A stretch of DNA of 64,000 nt. It comes from Octopus vulgaris. Lineage: Eukaryota. Made by a program: the position numbers and the translations under genes. Every line of letters begins with the position of its first letter. The first letter of the stretch is position 1. The DNA lies in assembly GCA_951406725.2 (NCBI GenBank), contig OX597814.1, positions 195,362,001 through 195,426,000 of the forward strand, read 5' to 3'. The notes under the pieces are model-generated. The model searched no databases and was not told the origin of the DNA. It saw nothing but the letters and a program-made list of their open reading frames with translations. This document shows positions 44,951-58,288 of the stretch, piece after piece.

Positions 44951-45460
44951 CTAGCAGTATCGCCCGGCGTTGCTCGGGTTTGTAAGGGAAATAACTATAT
45001 AAGCATTTTTAGAGAGTTACTTCCCTTATAGATGCCAATTCGGGCTTTCTTAGCCATTTCTGTTTTGGTGTCTTCAAGCCATGAAGTCGTTGTTCTAAAA
45101 GAACGCTGGTCTCCTTGACAACGCATTACGACGTTGATTTCTTTACACTCCTTTCCCCACAGCTTCACGAGGGAGGGAAGGGGGAGAAGCAAACAGGTGC
45201 AGCTGTGAGCGTGGACGCCAACTCCGCCGCCATTGACACACGAAAAATTATGCATTAAAATGGAATAAAAAATGATGTTAAATTATTTTTAAAATCGTAG
45301 ACTCATCGTTGACGCGCGCTAATAGCCAGACGGGCTCGATATGAATCACGACTATAAGATACCCGAATTTGGTTAAACTGCACCGCAAAATGTGGGAGGA
45401 GTTAGGAATCTAAATCGAAGGGGACAGACACTCACACAACTAGAGTTTTATATATATAGA
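44951..45460 (-). mobile_element. Non-autonomous Helitron
   Basis: 5' TCTATATATATAAAA; 3' hairpin CCCGAGCAACGCCGGG followed by CTAG; inserted between A and T. Confidence 0.85.
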
Positions 45461-45628
45461 TATATATATACAAATTGAGATAGGGGTTGTAAACGCAACC
45501 CACCATGGGATACCATATATCCAATATACTGCCAGTGAAGTACCCAACAAAGTTAAGAATTGCGATACAATTAATTCATTTATTGTATTATATGGGCAAA
45601 GGTAAATTGTTTTACTACAAATTCATAA

Positions 45629-45958
45629 TACAAAATAAGAAAATGGAGAAATACATCGAAATCAAATATCAATTACCAGATAGTACTCAATCACATTCTT
45701 TATTATACCACCACATAAGAAACTATAATAATGCAGGGTACATGAAGGAGTGTACATAAAATAGTAATGTTATACAATAAGTAGAATACGTATAATAGAA
45801 CATAAATATAAGTACACATAATATAACTATTTTATGTACACTCCTTCATGTACCCTGCATTATTATAGTTTCTTATGTGGTGGTATAATAAAGTATGTGA
45901 TTGAGTACTATCTGGTAATTGATATTTGATTTCGATGTATTTCTCCATTTTCTTATTT

Positions 45959-45962
<4 letters not shown>
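45629..45962. repeat. Inverted repeat, about 137-bp arms, in (TA)n
   Basis: 45629-45765 pairs with 45826-45962; a third 25-bp partial copy at 46003-46027. Confidence 0.92.
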
Positions 45963-46006
<44 letters not shown>

Positions 46007-46760
46007 AAATAAGAAAATGGAGAAATATATATACTTGCGAATACATACGTACAAAGCTAACATTAGTTTATATTTATGTATGCTCACATATAAATATACA
46101 CACGCGCTCACAGACGTACGCTTAGAATTAGTAAACATTCTCCTATTTCACCATTTCTAGCGTGGCGCATACTCGGTGAGTTATGACTGCAAAGTGATAA
46201 TCGGCTTAGATGTTTGCTAGCCACAACATGAATTAGACAATGTAGAGAGCAAAATAAACCTTAAACTACTTCTCCTTACTATCTCGACAAAGTAAACCAA
46301 GACGTGAGCAGGAGTATGGCTTCTACCAAAAATCATTTCTCATTCCTTGTTAGTTTTTCATAAAAAATAGTGTATACTATTCCTATTTTTATTTTTTCCA
46401 ATGATTCACAACAACATATGATATCGCAATAAAACGTAGTTATACCAGAAGATAAGGTATATGGTAAAATTATGTGGCGTTTTTAATGTTACATAATACA
46501 TATCCCACACATTTTTGAAACATATGTAGTGCATAACAACTTCTTCCATTCCCTTCATTCGTTCACACACACGCACACATACACAAACATATATAGGAGT
46601 GGCTGTGTGGTAAGTAGCTTGCTAACCAACCACATGGTTCCGGGTTCAGTCCCACTGCGTGGCATCTTGGGCAAGTGTCTTCGGCTATAGCCCCGGGCTG
46701 ACCAATGACTTGTGAGTGGATTTGGTAGACGGAAACTGAAAGAAGCCTGTCGTATATATG

Positions 46761-46799
<39 letters not shown>

Positions 46800-47614
46800 T
46801 TGTGTTTGTCACCCTAGCATTGCTTGACAATATATATATATTCCTTTACATGTTTTAGTCATTTGACTGCAGCCATGCTGGAGCACCGCCTTGGTAGTAT
46901 GTATGTGTGTGTGAGTGTGTGTAAATATGTATTTATAAAGCTATCTATCTATGTATATATCTAGCTACGACGTCATACAGAATGTGAGCTGATTTAGATA
47001 ACACATTTTGCGGTGCGTGTAGAAAACGTCCACGCTGAATATTCTACGAAAAACAGAATATCATTTGAAGCAAAAAAAATTCAAAACCCAACAACAACAA
47101 CAGCAACAACAACAAAAGGAAATGAACAAGAACAAAAAGATTTACGAAAAATCTTTACAAACATATAATGGATTCTATTTGATTTGGTTAAGAGCATATT
47201 TTTTATGGCAAGAAATTAGTTATCTATTTAATTATTAAGAAAGGAAGACGTATAAGGTAATACGATGTATGGTTTCACTTTGCATTACGAGCTAGAAGTC
47301 ATTACACATTCACACATACACACACACACACACACATATAAACACACACATATAAACACACACACACACACATATAAACACACACATATAAACACACACA
47401 CACACACACACACGCACATAGATTAGAGTTCTTTTGCTCTTCAGTTAGTTTCAACCTAATATGTATATATATGTCACGCACACACACACACACACATATA
47501 TATATGCACACACACACATATACACATACACACATATATACACACATTTGTACATATAATTCATCCATATCAGCAGAAAAGTAATTAATACATATGTATG
47601 CCTGTATATACACG

Positions 47615-47646
<32 letters not shown>

Positions 47647-47821
47647 TAAATATGCATTTGTATATATGTACATCTATATATGTGCATGTATATATATGTA
47701 TATCTATATGTATATATATATATATATACTAGACGCATATATTTTGCATCTACATAATGCATATATAAATATTTATACAAATAAAATGCAATATACATGA
47801 TCGTACGTATATAGCGTTCAG

Positions 47822-47885
<64 letters not shown>

Positions 47886-47984
47886 TCTGTACGCTATATG
47901 GAGAAGAAAATATAGAAAATATAGCGACCGAATTATTTCTAATAGTGTTAATGGAAAACGTTATGGGTTTTGTAATTTTTTCGA

Positions 47985-48038
<54 letters not shown>

Positions 48039-48040
48039 CA

Positions 48041-48074
<34 letters not shown>

Positions 48075-49019
48075 TTTGTTTGTGTGTGTATCAAAATATA
48101 CTCTATTATAAAATGTATTTCTGCCGATCTTAGCAATTAGTTTCGTACTGGAGATTAAACAAACTGATATCAGATAAGCTTGCTGTTAAGTAACACTAGC
48201 AGTTCTTCAGAGATGACAGATATAGAAATATTACATTGGTTTGCAAGAATCTTGAGGTAAATACTGTGTTGCAAAATACTTTTTTGTATCTCGGATGGGT
48301 CATTCTGCTAATAATAAACATACACACTGGTTCTATTTCACTTTTGATATTATTAGTCAATTCGTTAACATTAAATAAATTTATTATTTGATCAAACATT
48401 CATTCTATCAATCCTTCTATCACTCTGTTAGACTCATCAAAATATTTCTGTCACCTTTCATGACGTCATCGATGACATTTCATCTCTGCTCTAAGTCTGT
48501 TTCAGGTCGGCCTGTTTAGACAGACATATTTGAAATGTATAATTATAATAAAAGAAGTGAATTAGTGTGTGTGTTTATTATTAGTGGTGAGACCTTCTCG
48601 AGATATAACAACAATAACTCTATATAGTATTGAGTCATTGTATTGACGTCAATGTATTGACGAATCAATTATGCAATACATATGTTTCAAAAATATATGG
48701 GATCTATATTATTTAACATTCTCTTTTTACATAACATTCTCTTTTTACATAATAATATATACATATACACATATATATTAGTGAGTTTGTGTGTATGTTT
48801 GATATATCTTATGTTAATGGTTGACAGTCTATTTTGAATTTCGCCTCGGGCTGGGCTGTTCACGAAGTTAAAATAATATTTTAAGTGTACGGTCCGTAGC
48901 TCGGATGTCTTCACCTTTCGTTCTCTCCCGAAGTCATTAACATACGTACCGGACAAAGTACTGAGATCGATATAATCGATTAAAACCCTTGAAGGTTGCA
49001 TAATATTATAGTTTATTTG

Positions 49020-49422
49020 AAGGCGAAGAGCTGGCAGAATCGTTAGCACGCCGGGCGAAATGCTTACCAGTATTTCGTCTGCCCTTACGAACTGAGTTCA
49101 AATTCCGCCGAAGTCGACTTTGCCTTTCTTCCTTTCGGGGTCGATAAATTAAGTACCAGTTACGCACTGGGGTCGATATAATCGACTAACCCCCTCCCCC
49201 AAAACTTTCAGTCCTTGTGCCTAGAGTAGAAAATATAAAGATAATATTATAGTTTATTTGAAGGCGAAGAGCTGGCAAAATCGTTCTGAGTTCAAATGCC
49301 ACCGAGGTCGCCTCTTCCTTTCATTCTTTTCGGGGTCGATAAAGTAAGTACCAGTTGAGAACTGGGGTTGATGTAATCGACTTATCCCCTCCTCCGAAAT
49401 TGTTCCAAAATTTGAAACCAAT
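49020..49422 (+). mobile_element. Two adjacent SINE C copies with a duplicated flank and head
   Basis: TAATATTATAGTTTATTTGAAGGCGAAGAGCTGGCA at 49001 and 49242. Confidence 0.8.
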
Positions 49423-50790
49423 ATTATAGATTATTTGCTGTTACCAAGGTGAATTGCATCAATATTACTTTTGCACACATCATATTTCAGTTGTTTAGTC
49501 GAAATGCCTTTTATCTTTACGAATACTTGGATTAATTTATCATATTTTTATTCTTTCATTATCGCCTACTTTTTTCCGTTTTACATATTTTCTTGTTCTC
49601 CTTTAAGTCAACCTTTTTGCCGTTCAAACTTCGTAAAGTCCACTCACTCCTCCATTCCATCACACCCAATGCCACTACCCCAACTCCTCAACTACCCTTC
49701 TCCCTCCCTGATATGCTCCATCCACCCACACCCAACCCCCTGTCCCTCCAACCCCCCTCACACATCCTCACCATCCCTCCTAGCCTTCCACCAGCCCTAC
49801 CGCCCTTCCTACCTCCACCCTATCCACCCCTCCTACTTCTATTCCATCCACCCCTCCTCCACTTCAGTCTGTTGTTACCATTCCCCCAGATCTTCCCCTC
49901 TCTGTCGTGGAGCGCTCCATCTTCAGTAGGAGTCTGCATTTCATCCCCCTCACTCCATCCTGTAAGGAATTTCGGACTCGTGCTGATATCCACAGCTTTG
50001 TTTGCCGCGTTAGGTTGTGTTCTTGTCTCACTCTGTCTTTGATATTCTCAGCTCTAAACCCCGGCAGTTTTTGCTGTTGATGCCATCAAATTAAACAATG
50101 TTATCGATAAGGTATCGAAATTGTGATGACTTTTGGTCGATAACTGAAGAGAGGCGAGCGTGTCCATGTACTTGTGTTTCTTTTCTCGTGTTCTTTCCCA
50201 TGTACTTGTGTTTCTTTCCCGTGTTCCTTCGTCGTCCCCCTGTGTCACATTTTACGTATCACTTCATCGGTTACTGGACGCGAACCACGCAACCTTAATT
50301 CTAAACGCTAGCATCTCATCAAGTCAATTAACAAACCATTCTCACACAAAAGATATATAAAGTTAAATATTTTAGTTTTTAAGAAAAATTCTTCAGAGTG
50401 TGATATTTGTGTTTCTTCCTATTTCGACTTTTATGGCGACAAATTTCTCTCGTAAATGACACCACAAATGACAAAATGAAATTTTATGCTGTCGTTCTAA
50501 TTAACTTTAGTAGAAGATTTCACAGAAAGTGACGTCTCGAAAGGAACGGATTTAATGACACAACAAATCTTCCGCATTGTGAGGTTTCCGCTGAACGTTA
50601 GTGACGTTAAATAAACATTGGGATGGCATATTTACAAATAAGATACACCAAGGCCATTTACTATAATAAATGTCAATTGTAAAATTTAAACATCAGCCTT
50701 GCAACCACCACGCTTCGGGTTCAATTCCACTGGTTGTCGTGAAAAGTAAGATGTTTTAGAAAGTAATTACTCAACTAACATATTTTTTTT

Positions 50791-51216
50791 TGATCTTTTC
50801 GGTTTGATCGGCAGTTTTTCCTAGCGGTGTCATATGAAATTGTCACTCATAATTATGACCCTAGTATCGATCTATTGCATTTCAATCTGTTTTAGGGTTA
50901 GGGTTAATTAGGGTTAGGGTTAGGGGTGGTGGAAAGGGTATCTTTTTTTCTTCAGAAATGTGAATAAACCCAATTTGTTTCTTAAACGAGGGACATATTC
51001 ATACGGCATAGAATGTTTTCACCTCAATAGACGTCATTGATTGGTTGAAATCGCAGAAATTGAAACAACAAATATCTTACAAACTATAGAATTTTCTCAA
51101 TAAAGCCAAGAGAAAAAGATGTTTTATAAACACATTCTACCAGTATCTGAAGATTAAAAGTGTTTAGTTACGTAGAAATTATTTTAAAAAACTGCCGGTC
51201 AAACCGAAAAAGATCC
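50791..51216. mobile_element. MITE with about 28-bp TIRs and internal (TTAGGG)n
   Basis: GATCTTTTCGGTTTGATCGGCAGTTTTT / AAAAACTGCCGGTCAAACCGAAAAAGATC; inserted in a T-run. Confidence 0.8.
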
Positions 51217-51396
51217 TTTTTTTAAAAATGGTTATTGCATTATATATGTTAAAATTAACTATTCATTTTCATGCAGATGGCGTCACTGATTAACTTATTA
51301 CACGCATGATTTAACTATATCCAAAAATGTGTCATAAGAGTCAATCAATATTTGAGGAATGTACTCAGTACAGCTGAAAGTTTCTTCACAACACTG

Positions 51397-51782
51397 TCGT
51401 GGTACTCCGTCGGTTTCGACGATGAGGGTCCCAGTTGATCCGATCAATGGAACAACCTGCTCGTGAAATTAACATGCACGTGGCTGAGTATTCCACAGAC
51501 ACGTGTACCCTTAACGCAGTTCTCGTGGGGAGATTGAGCGTGACACAAAGTGTGACAAGGCTGGCCCCTTGAAATACAGGTACAACAGAAACAGGAAGAA
51601 AGAATGAAAGAAAGTTGTGGTGAAAGAGTACAGCAGGGTTTGTCAACACCTCTCGCCTGAGCCTCGTGGAGTTTTAAGTGTTTTCGCTCAATAAACACTC
51701 ACAACGCCCGGTCTGGGAATCGAAACCGCGATCCTGCGATCGCGAGTCAGCTGCCCTAACCACTGCGCCATTGCGCCTCCAC
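51397..51782 (-). mobile_element. SINE family B
   Basis: TSD TCACAACACTG. Confidence 0.9.
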
Positions 51783-52236
51783 TCACAACACTGGAGACAT
51801 AATCGTTGCTGCTAGAATAAATATGTATATATTATACTTATGTGAAGGCGCGTGGCTTAGTGGTTAGAGTGTCGGGCTCACAATCATGAGGTAGTGAGTT
51901 CAAATCCCGGACCGGACTGTGTGTTGTGTCCGTGAGCAAGACTTTTTATTTCACGTTGCTCCAGTTCATCTTCAGATATTAATTGGCTCCTTTGGCACAT
52001 TTTTGGATATAGTTAGATCATGCGTGTAATAAGTTACTCAGAGACGCCACCAGCATGAAAAATAATAGTTAGTATTAACATATATAATGCAATAACCATT
52101 AAGAAAATAAGTTGTTCGAGTAGTCACTTTATAAAGCATTTTCACTTTTCCCGACAACCAGTGGAAGTGACCTCGAAACCTTGTAGTTGCAAGGCTGATG
52201 TTTAAAATTTACGATTGGTATTTATTCTGTTTTTTT

Positions 52237-52992
52237 TTTTCTACTCTAGGTACAAGGCCCGAAATTTTAGGGGAGGAAGCCAGTCGATTAGACCGACCCC
52301 AGTACGAAATTGGTACTTAATTTATCGATTATAAAAGGATGAAAGGCAAAGTTGACCTCGGCGGAATTTGAACTCAAAACGTAGCCGCAGACGAAATACC
52401 TATTTCTTTACTACCCACAAGGGGCTAAACACAGAGGGGACAAACAAGGACAGACAAACGGATTAAGTCGATTATATCGACTCCAGTGCGTAACTGGTAC
52501 TTAATTTATCGAGCCCGAAAGGAAGAAAGGCAAAGTCGAGCTCGGCGGAATTTGAACTCAGAATGTAACGGCAGACGAAATACCTGTTTCTTTACTACTC
52601 ACAAGGGGCTAAACACAGAGAGGGCAAACACGAACAGACAAACGGATTAAGTCGATTATATCAACCCCAGTGCATAATTGGTACTTATTTAATCGACCCT
52701 GAAAGTATGAAAGGCAAATCGACCTCGGCGGAATTTGAACTCAGAACGTGGCGGCAGACGAAATACCTGTTTCTTTACTACTCACAAGGGGCTAAACACA
52801 GAGGGGACAAACAAGGACAGACAAACGGATTAAGTCGATTATATCGACCCCAGTGCGTAACTGGCACTTATTTAATCGACCCCGAAAGGATGAAAGGCAA
52901 AGTCGACCTCGGCGGAATTTGAACTCGGAACGTGGCGGCAGACGAAATACCGCTAAGTATTTCGCCCGGCGTGCTAACGTTTCTGCCAACAC
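52237..52992 (-). mobile_element. SINE C array: one head and four bodies of about 185 bp
   Basis: Identical junction three times; the last body has a different tail (CTTGTACCTAGAGTAG). Confidence 0.9.
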
Positions 52993-53542
52993 GCTGTCGT
53001 ACACTTGGTATTTATTATATCTACAAAGAAGTTTACGTTTGGAAATGAATCACAAATTCAAGACAGAAAAAAATATCACTTTTGAATGGTTGAATAGGAT
53101 GAAAGAAGCTTACTAATGAACTGACCATTCAGAATAAACCTTATCAAGAACCAGTAACCAGATACAGCTTCATAAATACACATTGGATTTAAAGATGAAA
53201 AGATTCATTAAAATATTCAGAGATCAAATCTTGTACTCCATAGTTACCGTAACGGTTTCTCAACATGCTGCAAACATAAGAAGAAAAACAAAAAAAAAAG
53301 TATGTTTAGAAGCATAAAGAGATTCTTAATAAGCATATATTTAATCTCACCTTGAGAGGCGACCCTCCTGTGGTTAAATTACCGAACTCTCATCCGTAGA
53401 TTGGAAAGAGGACCAAACAGGCTAGTTTCGGCTCTTATTAAAGACACATCAAAGTGTATTACTTCTGTTTTCTAAATTGTAGATTTAGAAATTGTAGATT
53501 TAGTAATTGTAGATTAGCGTGAGGCTTATTTATACAACCAGG

Positions 53543-53930
53543 GTGGAGGCGCAATGGCCCAGTGGTTAGGGCAGCTGACTCGCGGTCATAGGATTGCGGT
53601 TTCGATTCCCAGACCGGGCGCTGTGAGTGTTTATTGAGCGAAAACACCTAAAGCTCCACGAGGCTCCGGCAGGGGATGGTGGTGATCCCTGCTGTACTCC
53701 TTCACCACAACTTTCTCTCACTCTTACTTCCTGTTTCTGTTGTACCTGTATTTCAAAGGGCCGGCCTTGTCACTCTCTGTGTCACGCTGAATATCCCCGA
53801 GAACTACGTTAAGGGTACGCGTGTCTGTGGAGTGCTCAGCGACTTACACGTTAATTTCACGAGCAAGCTGTTCCGTTGATTCGGATCAACCGGAACCCTC
53901 GTCGTCGTAACCGACGGAGTGCTTCCATCC
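53543..53930 (+). mobile_element. SINE family B
   Basis: TSD ATTTATACAACC. Confidence 0.92.
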
Positions 53931-54079
53931 ATTTATACAACCGACAAGGTTATGTCAAATATAAACTTGTGAAGATGAATCTAGCCGGTTCGCTTCTTGT
54001 TTTAATTCGCAGAAAGTTCTCCATTCTAACAAGTGGACCTACATTCACTGCTGGAATAAAAATGCATATATTACACATA

Positions 54080-54660
54080 TGTGAAGGCGCATGAGTCAGT
54101 GGTTAGGGTGTCGAGCTCACAATCATGAGGTTGTGAGTTTAATTTCCGGAGCGGATTCTGTGTTGTGGTCGTGAGCAAGATATTTTATTTCACGTTGCTC
54201 CAGTTCACTCAGCTGTGGAAATGAGTTGTGACGTCACTGGTTCCAAGTTGCATCGGTCTTTGCATTTTCCTTGGATAAAATCAGTGGCATGAAGAAGGGG
54301 AGGTTGGTGTGGATGGGCGACGAGCTGGCAGAAACGGTAGCACGCCGGGCGAAATGCGTAACCGTATTTCGTCTGCCGCTACATTCTTAGTTCAAATTCC
54401 GCCGAGGTCGACTTTGCCTTTCATCCTTTCGGGGTCGATTAAATAAGTACCAGTTACGCCCTGGGGTCTATATAATCGACTTAATACCTATGTCTGTCCT
54501 TGTTTGTCCCCTCTGTGTTTAGCCCCTTGTGGGTAATAAAGAAATAGGTATGGATGAGCGATTGCTGGTCTTCCATAAACAACCTTGCCCGGACTTGTGC
54601 CTTGGGGTGGGGGTAACTTTCTAAGTGCAATCCCACAGTCATTTATAACCGAAAGGGATC
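54080..54660 (+). mobile_element. SINE D (CORE-like) interrupted by SINE C (54321-54546)
   Basis: TSD GGTRTGGATGRGCGA flanks the SINE C copy. Confidence 0.85.
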
Positions 54661-55572
54661 TTTATTATACATATAGATATAATTTTGTATACATATTTAC
54701 TCATAATCTGCACAGTATAGAAACTAGGATATAACTGTAACTGCGTAACTGCACTGTCAGTTCTGCTGTAAATATATTCTTTAATAGATCTGCTGTAAGT
54801 ATTTTCTGCAGCAAATTTTGCTGAGGAACAAAATCATAATAATTCATCTGACCTTCATTAATATTGGTGACGTTTGCTGTATCAAACGTCACTTACCATT
54901 TGTTACAATTGTTTAGATATGTCTGATACTAGCCTCATACTTTAGAGTCTGCCATCTTGATATGTGCTAACATCTTTTCTTTGATAAGAAAATAATTCCC
55001 AAAGGCAAAACAAAGGGAAAACGCTTTCCAAAGTAGTAAATTAATGGTAATCTTTAAGCAAACTCCGTTACAGATTAAGTTTTACTACTTAAGAGGCCAT
55101 ATACTCGTTAAGGCCCCTAAGTTCAGTACTATTTAAAGCAGCTGTCGTTTCTCATTTCTCTGATGCCAGATGATCGCTTTATAACTTTGGAGTTTATTGA
55201 TTTTTCTAAAGTCAAATATTTTCATTGTGTAATGGTATTCCAAATGTGTTTAGTTGTAGTTCAAAAAGTCTAGATATTTGTTTATTTACCTATTTTCAAT
55301 TGCTTTTGCAGTCAGGGTTTTCCTCCAGCATACAAATACCAATGAAAGAAGTCATTACATGGTTCTCTTGACTGGCTGCAAATAGCAGATAAATCACCCT
55401 CAACTTATGGCCTGCCATTTTGAACGAAAGGGAAAGCATACTGGATAATGTATTCGTCAACTCCTGTTCAAATGCAGGATTTTCATAGCTGAGGCACAAT
55501 TGATCATGGGTCTGTTCTAGCAGGGCTGACGGGGATAAACAACAACAAAAACAAAAAAAATATTGTTTAAAT

Positions 55573-55988
55573 AGACGCAAGAGTGGCTGTGTGGTAAGTA
55601 GCTTGCTTACCAACCACATGACTCCGGGTTCAGTCCCACTTCGTGGCACCTTGGGCAAGTGTCATCTGCTATAACCTCGGGCCGACCAAAGCCTTGTAAG
55701 TGGATTTGGTAGAAGGAAACTGAAAGAAGCCCGTCGTATATATGTATATGTATATATATGTGAGTGTTTGTGTGTTTGTGTTTGTCCCCCCCACAACATC
55801 GCTTGACAACCGATGCTGGTGTGTTTACGTTCCCGTAACTTAGCGGTTCGGCAAAAGAGGCCGATAGAATAAGTACTAGGCTTACAAAGAATAAGTCCTG
55901 GAGTCGATTTTCTCGACTAAAGGCGGTGCTCCAGCATGGCCGCAGTCAAATAACTGAAACAAGTAAAAGAGTAAAGAGTAAGAGTAAA
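55573..55988 (+). mobile_element. SINE family A, full length
   Basis: Collinear with 739-1136. Confidence 0.9.
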
Positions 55989-57131
55989 TTTGTAATAAGA
56001 AAGAACCGGTTGATTGGTGGAATAAGTCGAACATCGGACAAAATACCTTCTAGTATGTAGTCCGGCTTCAAATCCCATCGGCGTCGACTCCGCCTTTGAC
56101 CTTCCTATGTTTGATAAAATAAGCACGAGTAAAGTATCGAGACTGGTACAGTCCGCTAAATGCCATCTCTACATTTGTGTTAGAAATCAATATTTTATGT
56201 ACGAGAATACTGAGATGCCACATTTTGATATTGCTGACATATTCAGGGCGATGGACTGACAGAATACTTTCCGCATCGGAATAGTTCGTGCATACTTTGT
56301 TCTGGCACTTTACGATCTGAGTTCAAATCATGTCAACATTAACTTTGACTTCCATATTTTGGAAATTGAGAAAATAAAAGTACCAACTAAATCCTAGAGT
56401 TGATGCTATCGACTAATTTTCTCCTATCAAATTCGGTGGCTCTCTGCCGGGATTAAAAATATATCTGATATATTTGTAATAAATCTATGATTTTCCATCG
56501 AAAAGTTTGTCAGTTATAACAACGAAGTAAAATGATTAAATCTGACGATTTTGGCTTAAATTATGATGATGAACATGAGAGGAAGATTGTATGTTCAACT
56601 CTCACGCCTGTCTAAAGAGACTTTTCTGGAATCAATCGGAAGAGAAAAACCTAATGTTTTATAAATTTTGAGAATACTTTTGAATACTACTAGTATGTCA
56701 CTTTTATGTCAAATTTTAATTTTCGAGGTGGTCAGAGTTTCTATCATAAAAATAGAAATTCACTCGTCCACTATGAACATAATCATACTACTATAGGACT
56801 CTGTCGATAACGCTAGTTCATTGGCTTTGTTTTAAATTAATCCATACCCTCTATCGTTATGCTTGTGTATGCCTATCTTTTTCTAAACAGCTTTACTTGG
56901 GATTCGAAGTGAAATTTCTCGCAGATCAGATTTGCCTGTCAACTGTTCAAAACGTCTGACGAAATGGTCTGGTTACGTGATTATATGATCTAATACATTA
57001 ATGAGCAAATAAAATAACAATACTATGGAAAATTTGAACACGAAATGCCGTTAAGCATTTTGCCCAGCGTGCTAGCGATTCTGCCAACTAGCTGCTTTCA
57101 TAGTAATAATAATAATAATGATCATAATAAT

Positions 57132-57528
57132 GGGCGCAGGAGCGGCTGTGTGGTAAGTAGCTTGCTTACCAACCACATGGTTCCGGGTTAAGTCCCACTG
57201 CGTGGCACCTTGGGCAAGTGTTTTCTACTATAGCCTCGGGCCGACTAAAGCCTTGTGAGTGGATTTGGTAGACGGAAACGGAAAGAAGCCCGTCGTATAT
57301 ATATATTTTTGTGTGTGTGTGTTTGTGTGTGTCTGTGTTTGTCCATCCAACATCGCTTGACAACCGATGCTGGTGTGTTTACGTCCCCGCAACTTAGCGC
57401 TTCAGCAAAAAGAGACCGATAGAATAAGTACTAGGCTTACAAAGAATAAGTCCTGGGGTCGATTTGCTCGACTAAAGGCGGTACTCCAGCATGGCCGCAG
57501 TCAAATGACTGAAACAAGTAAAAGAGTA
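57132..57528 (+). mobile_element. SINE family A, full length
   Basis: Collinear with 739-1136. Confidence 0.9.
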
Positions 57529-58065
57529 ATAATAATAATAATAATAATAATGATTTCTGATTTTGTCACATGACCAATAATTTTGAGAGAGTGGGAGTGG
57601 CTGCTATCGACCCCTATATTTAAATGGTGCTACATTTTATGAACTGCAAATAGATGAAAGGCAAAATTTACTCCAGTGGGATTTGAATTCAGAAATTAGG
57701 AACTTGAAAAATAATTGTTTCTAGTTTAGGCACACAAGGCCAGTAGATTTGAGGGCAGAGGTTGATCGATTAAATTGTACTCAGTACTTGACAAGTACTT
57801 CGTGCTTTCGACTCCCTTGTGGGATGAAAACCAATATTGATCTCGGCAGATATTTGAAAACAGAACATAAAAGTACCTGAACAGGTGATACTGCAATGCG
57901 GTTTTCTCTGATGCTCGAACGTTTCTGTCAGTCCACCAACTGTCCGTGGAATACTCAACCATTTACAAAATAACAACAAGAACAAAAACAACAACAACAG
58001 CCACAATAATAATGATGATGATGATAATAATAATGATAATGATAATAATGATAATAATAATAATG

Positions 58066-58138
<73 letters not shown>

Positions 58139-58288
58139 GAGAACGTGCTCGCTCGCTGGGGCAGGAGGCGGGCTAATAGGGGGGTCGGTCGAACTCGGAA
58201 GCTCTCTCGACGCCGGCCACTCCCGTGTGCAGGCCGCTTACGAGGCAGACCCCACTCAAGCGCCGCAGAGACCCCAGCGGCGGACCTT

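Noticed and set aside
49471-50042. Pro/His/Ser-rich ORFs
   Set aside because: C-rich low-complexity tract with no convincing homology
50892-50924. True telomere or chromosome-fusion site
   Set aside because: Only about 5 units, internal to a MITE
52237-52992. CRISPR-like or satellite array
   Set aside because: Whole SINE bodies repeated with no unique spacers, in a eukaryotic context
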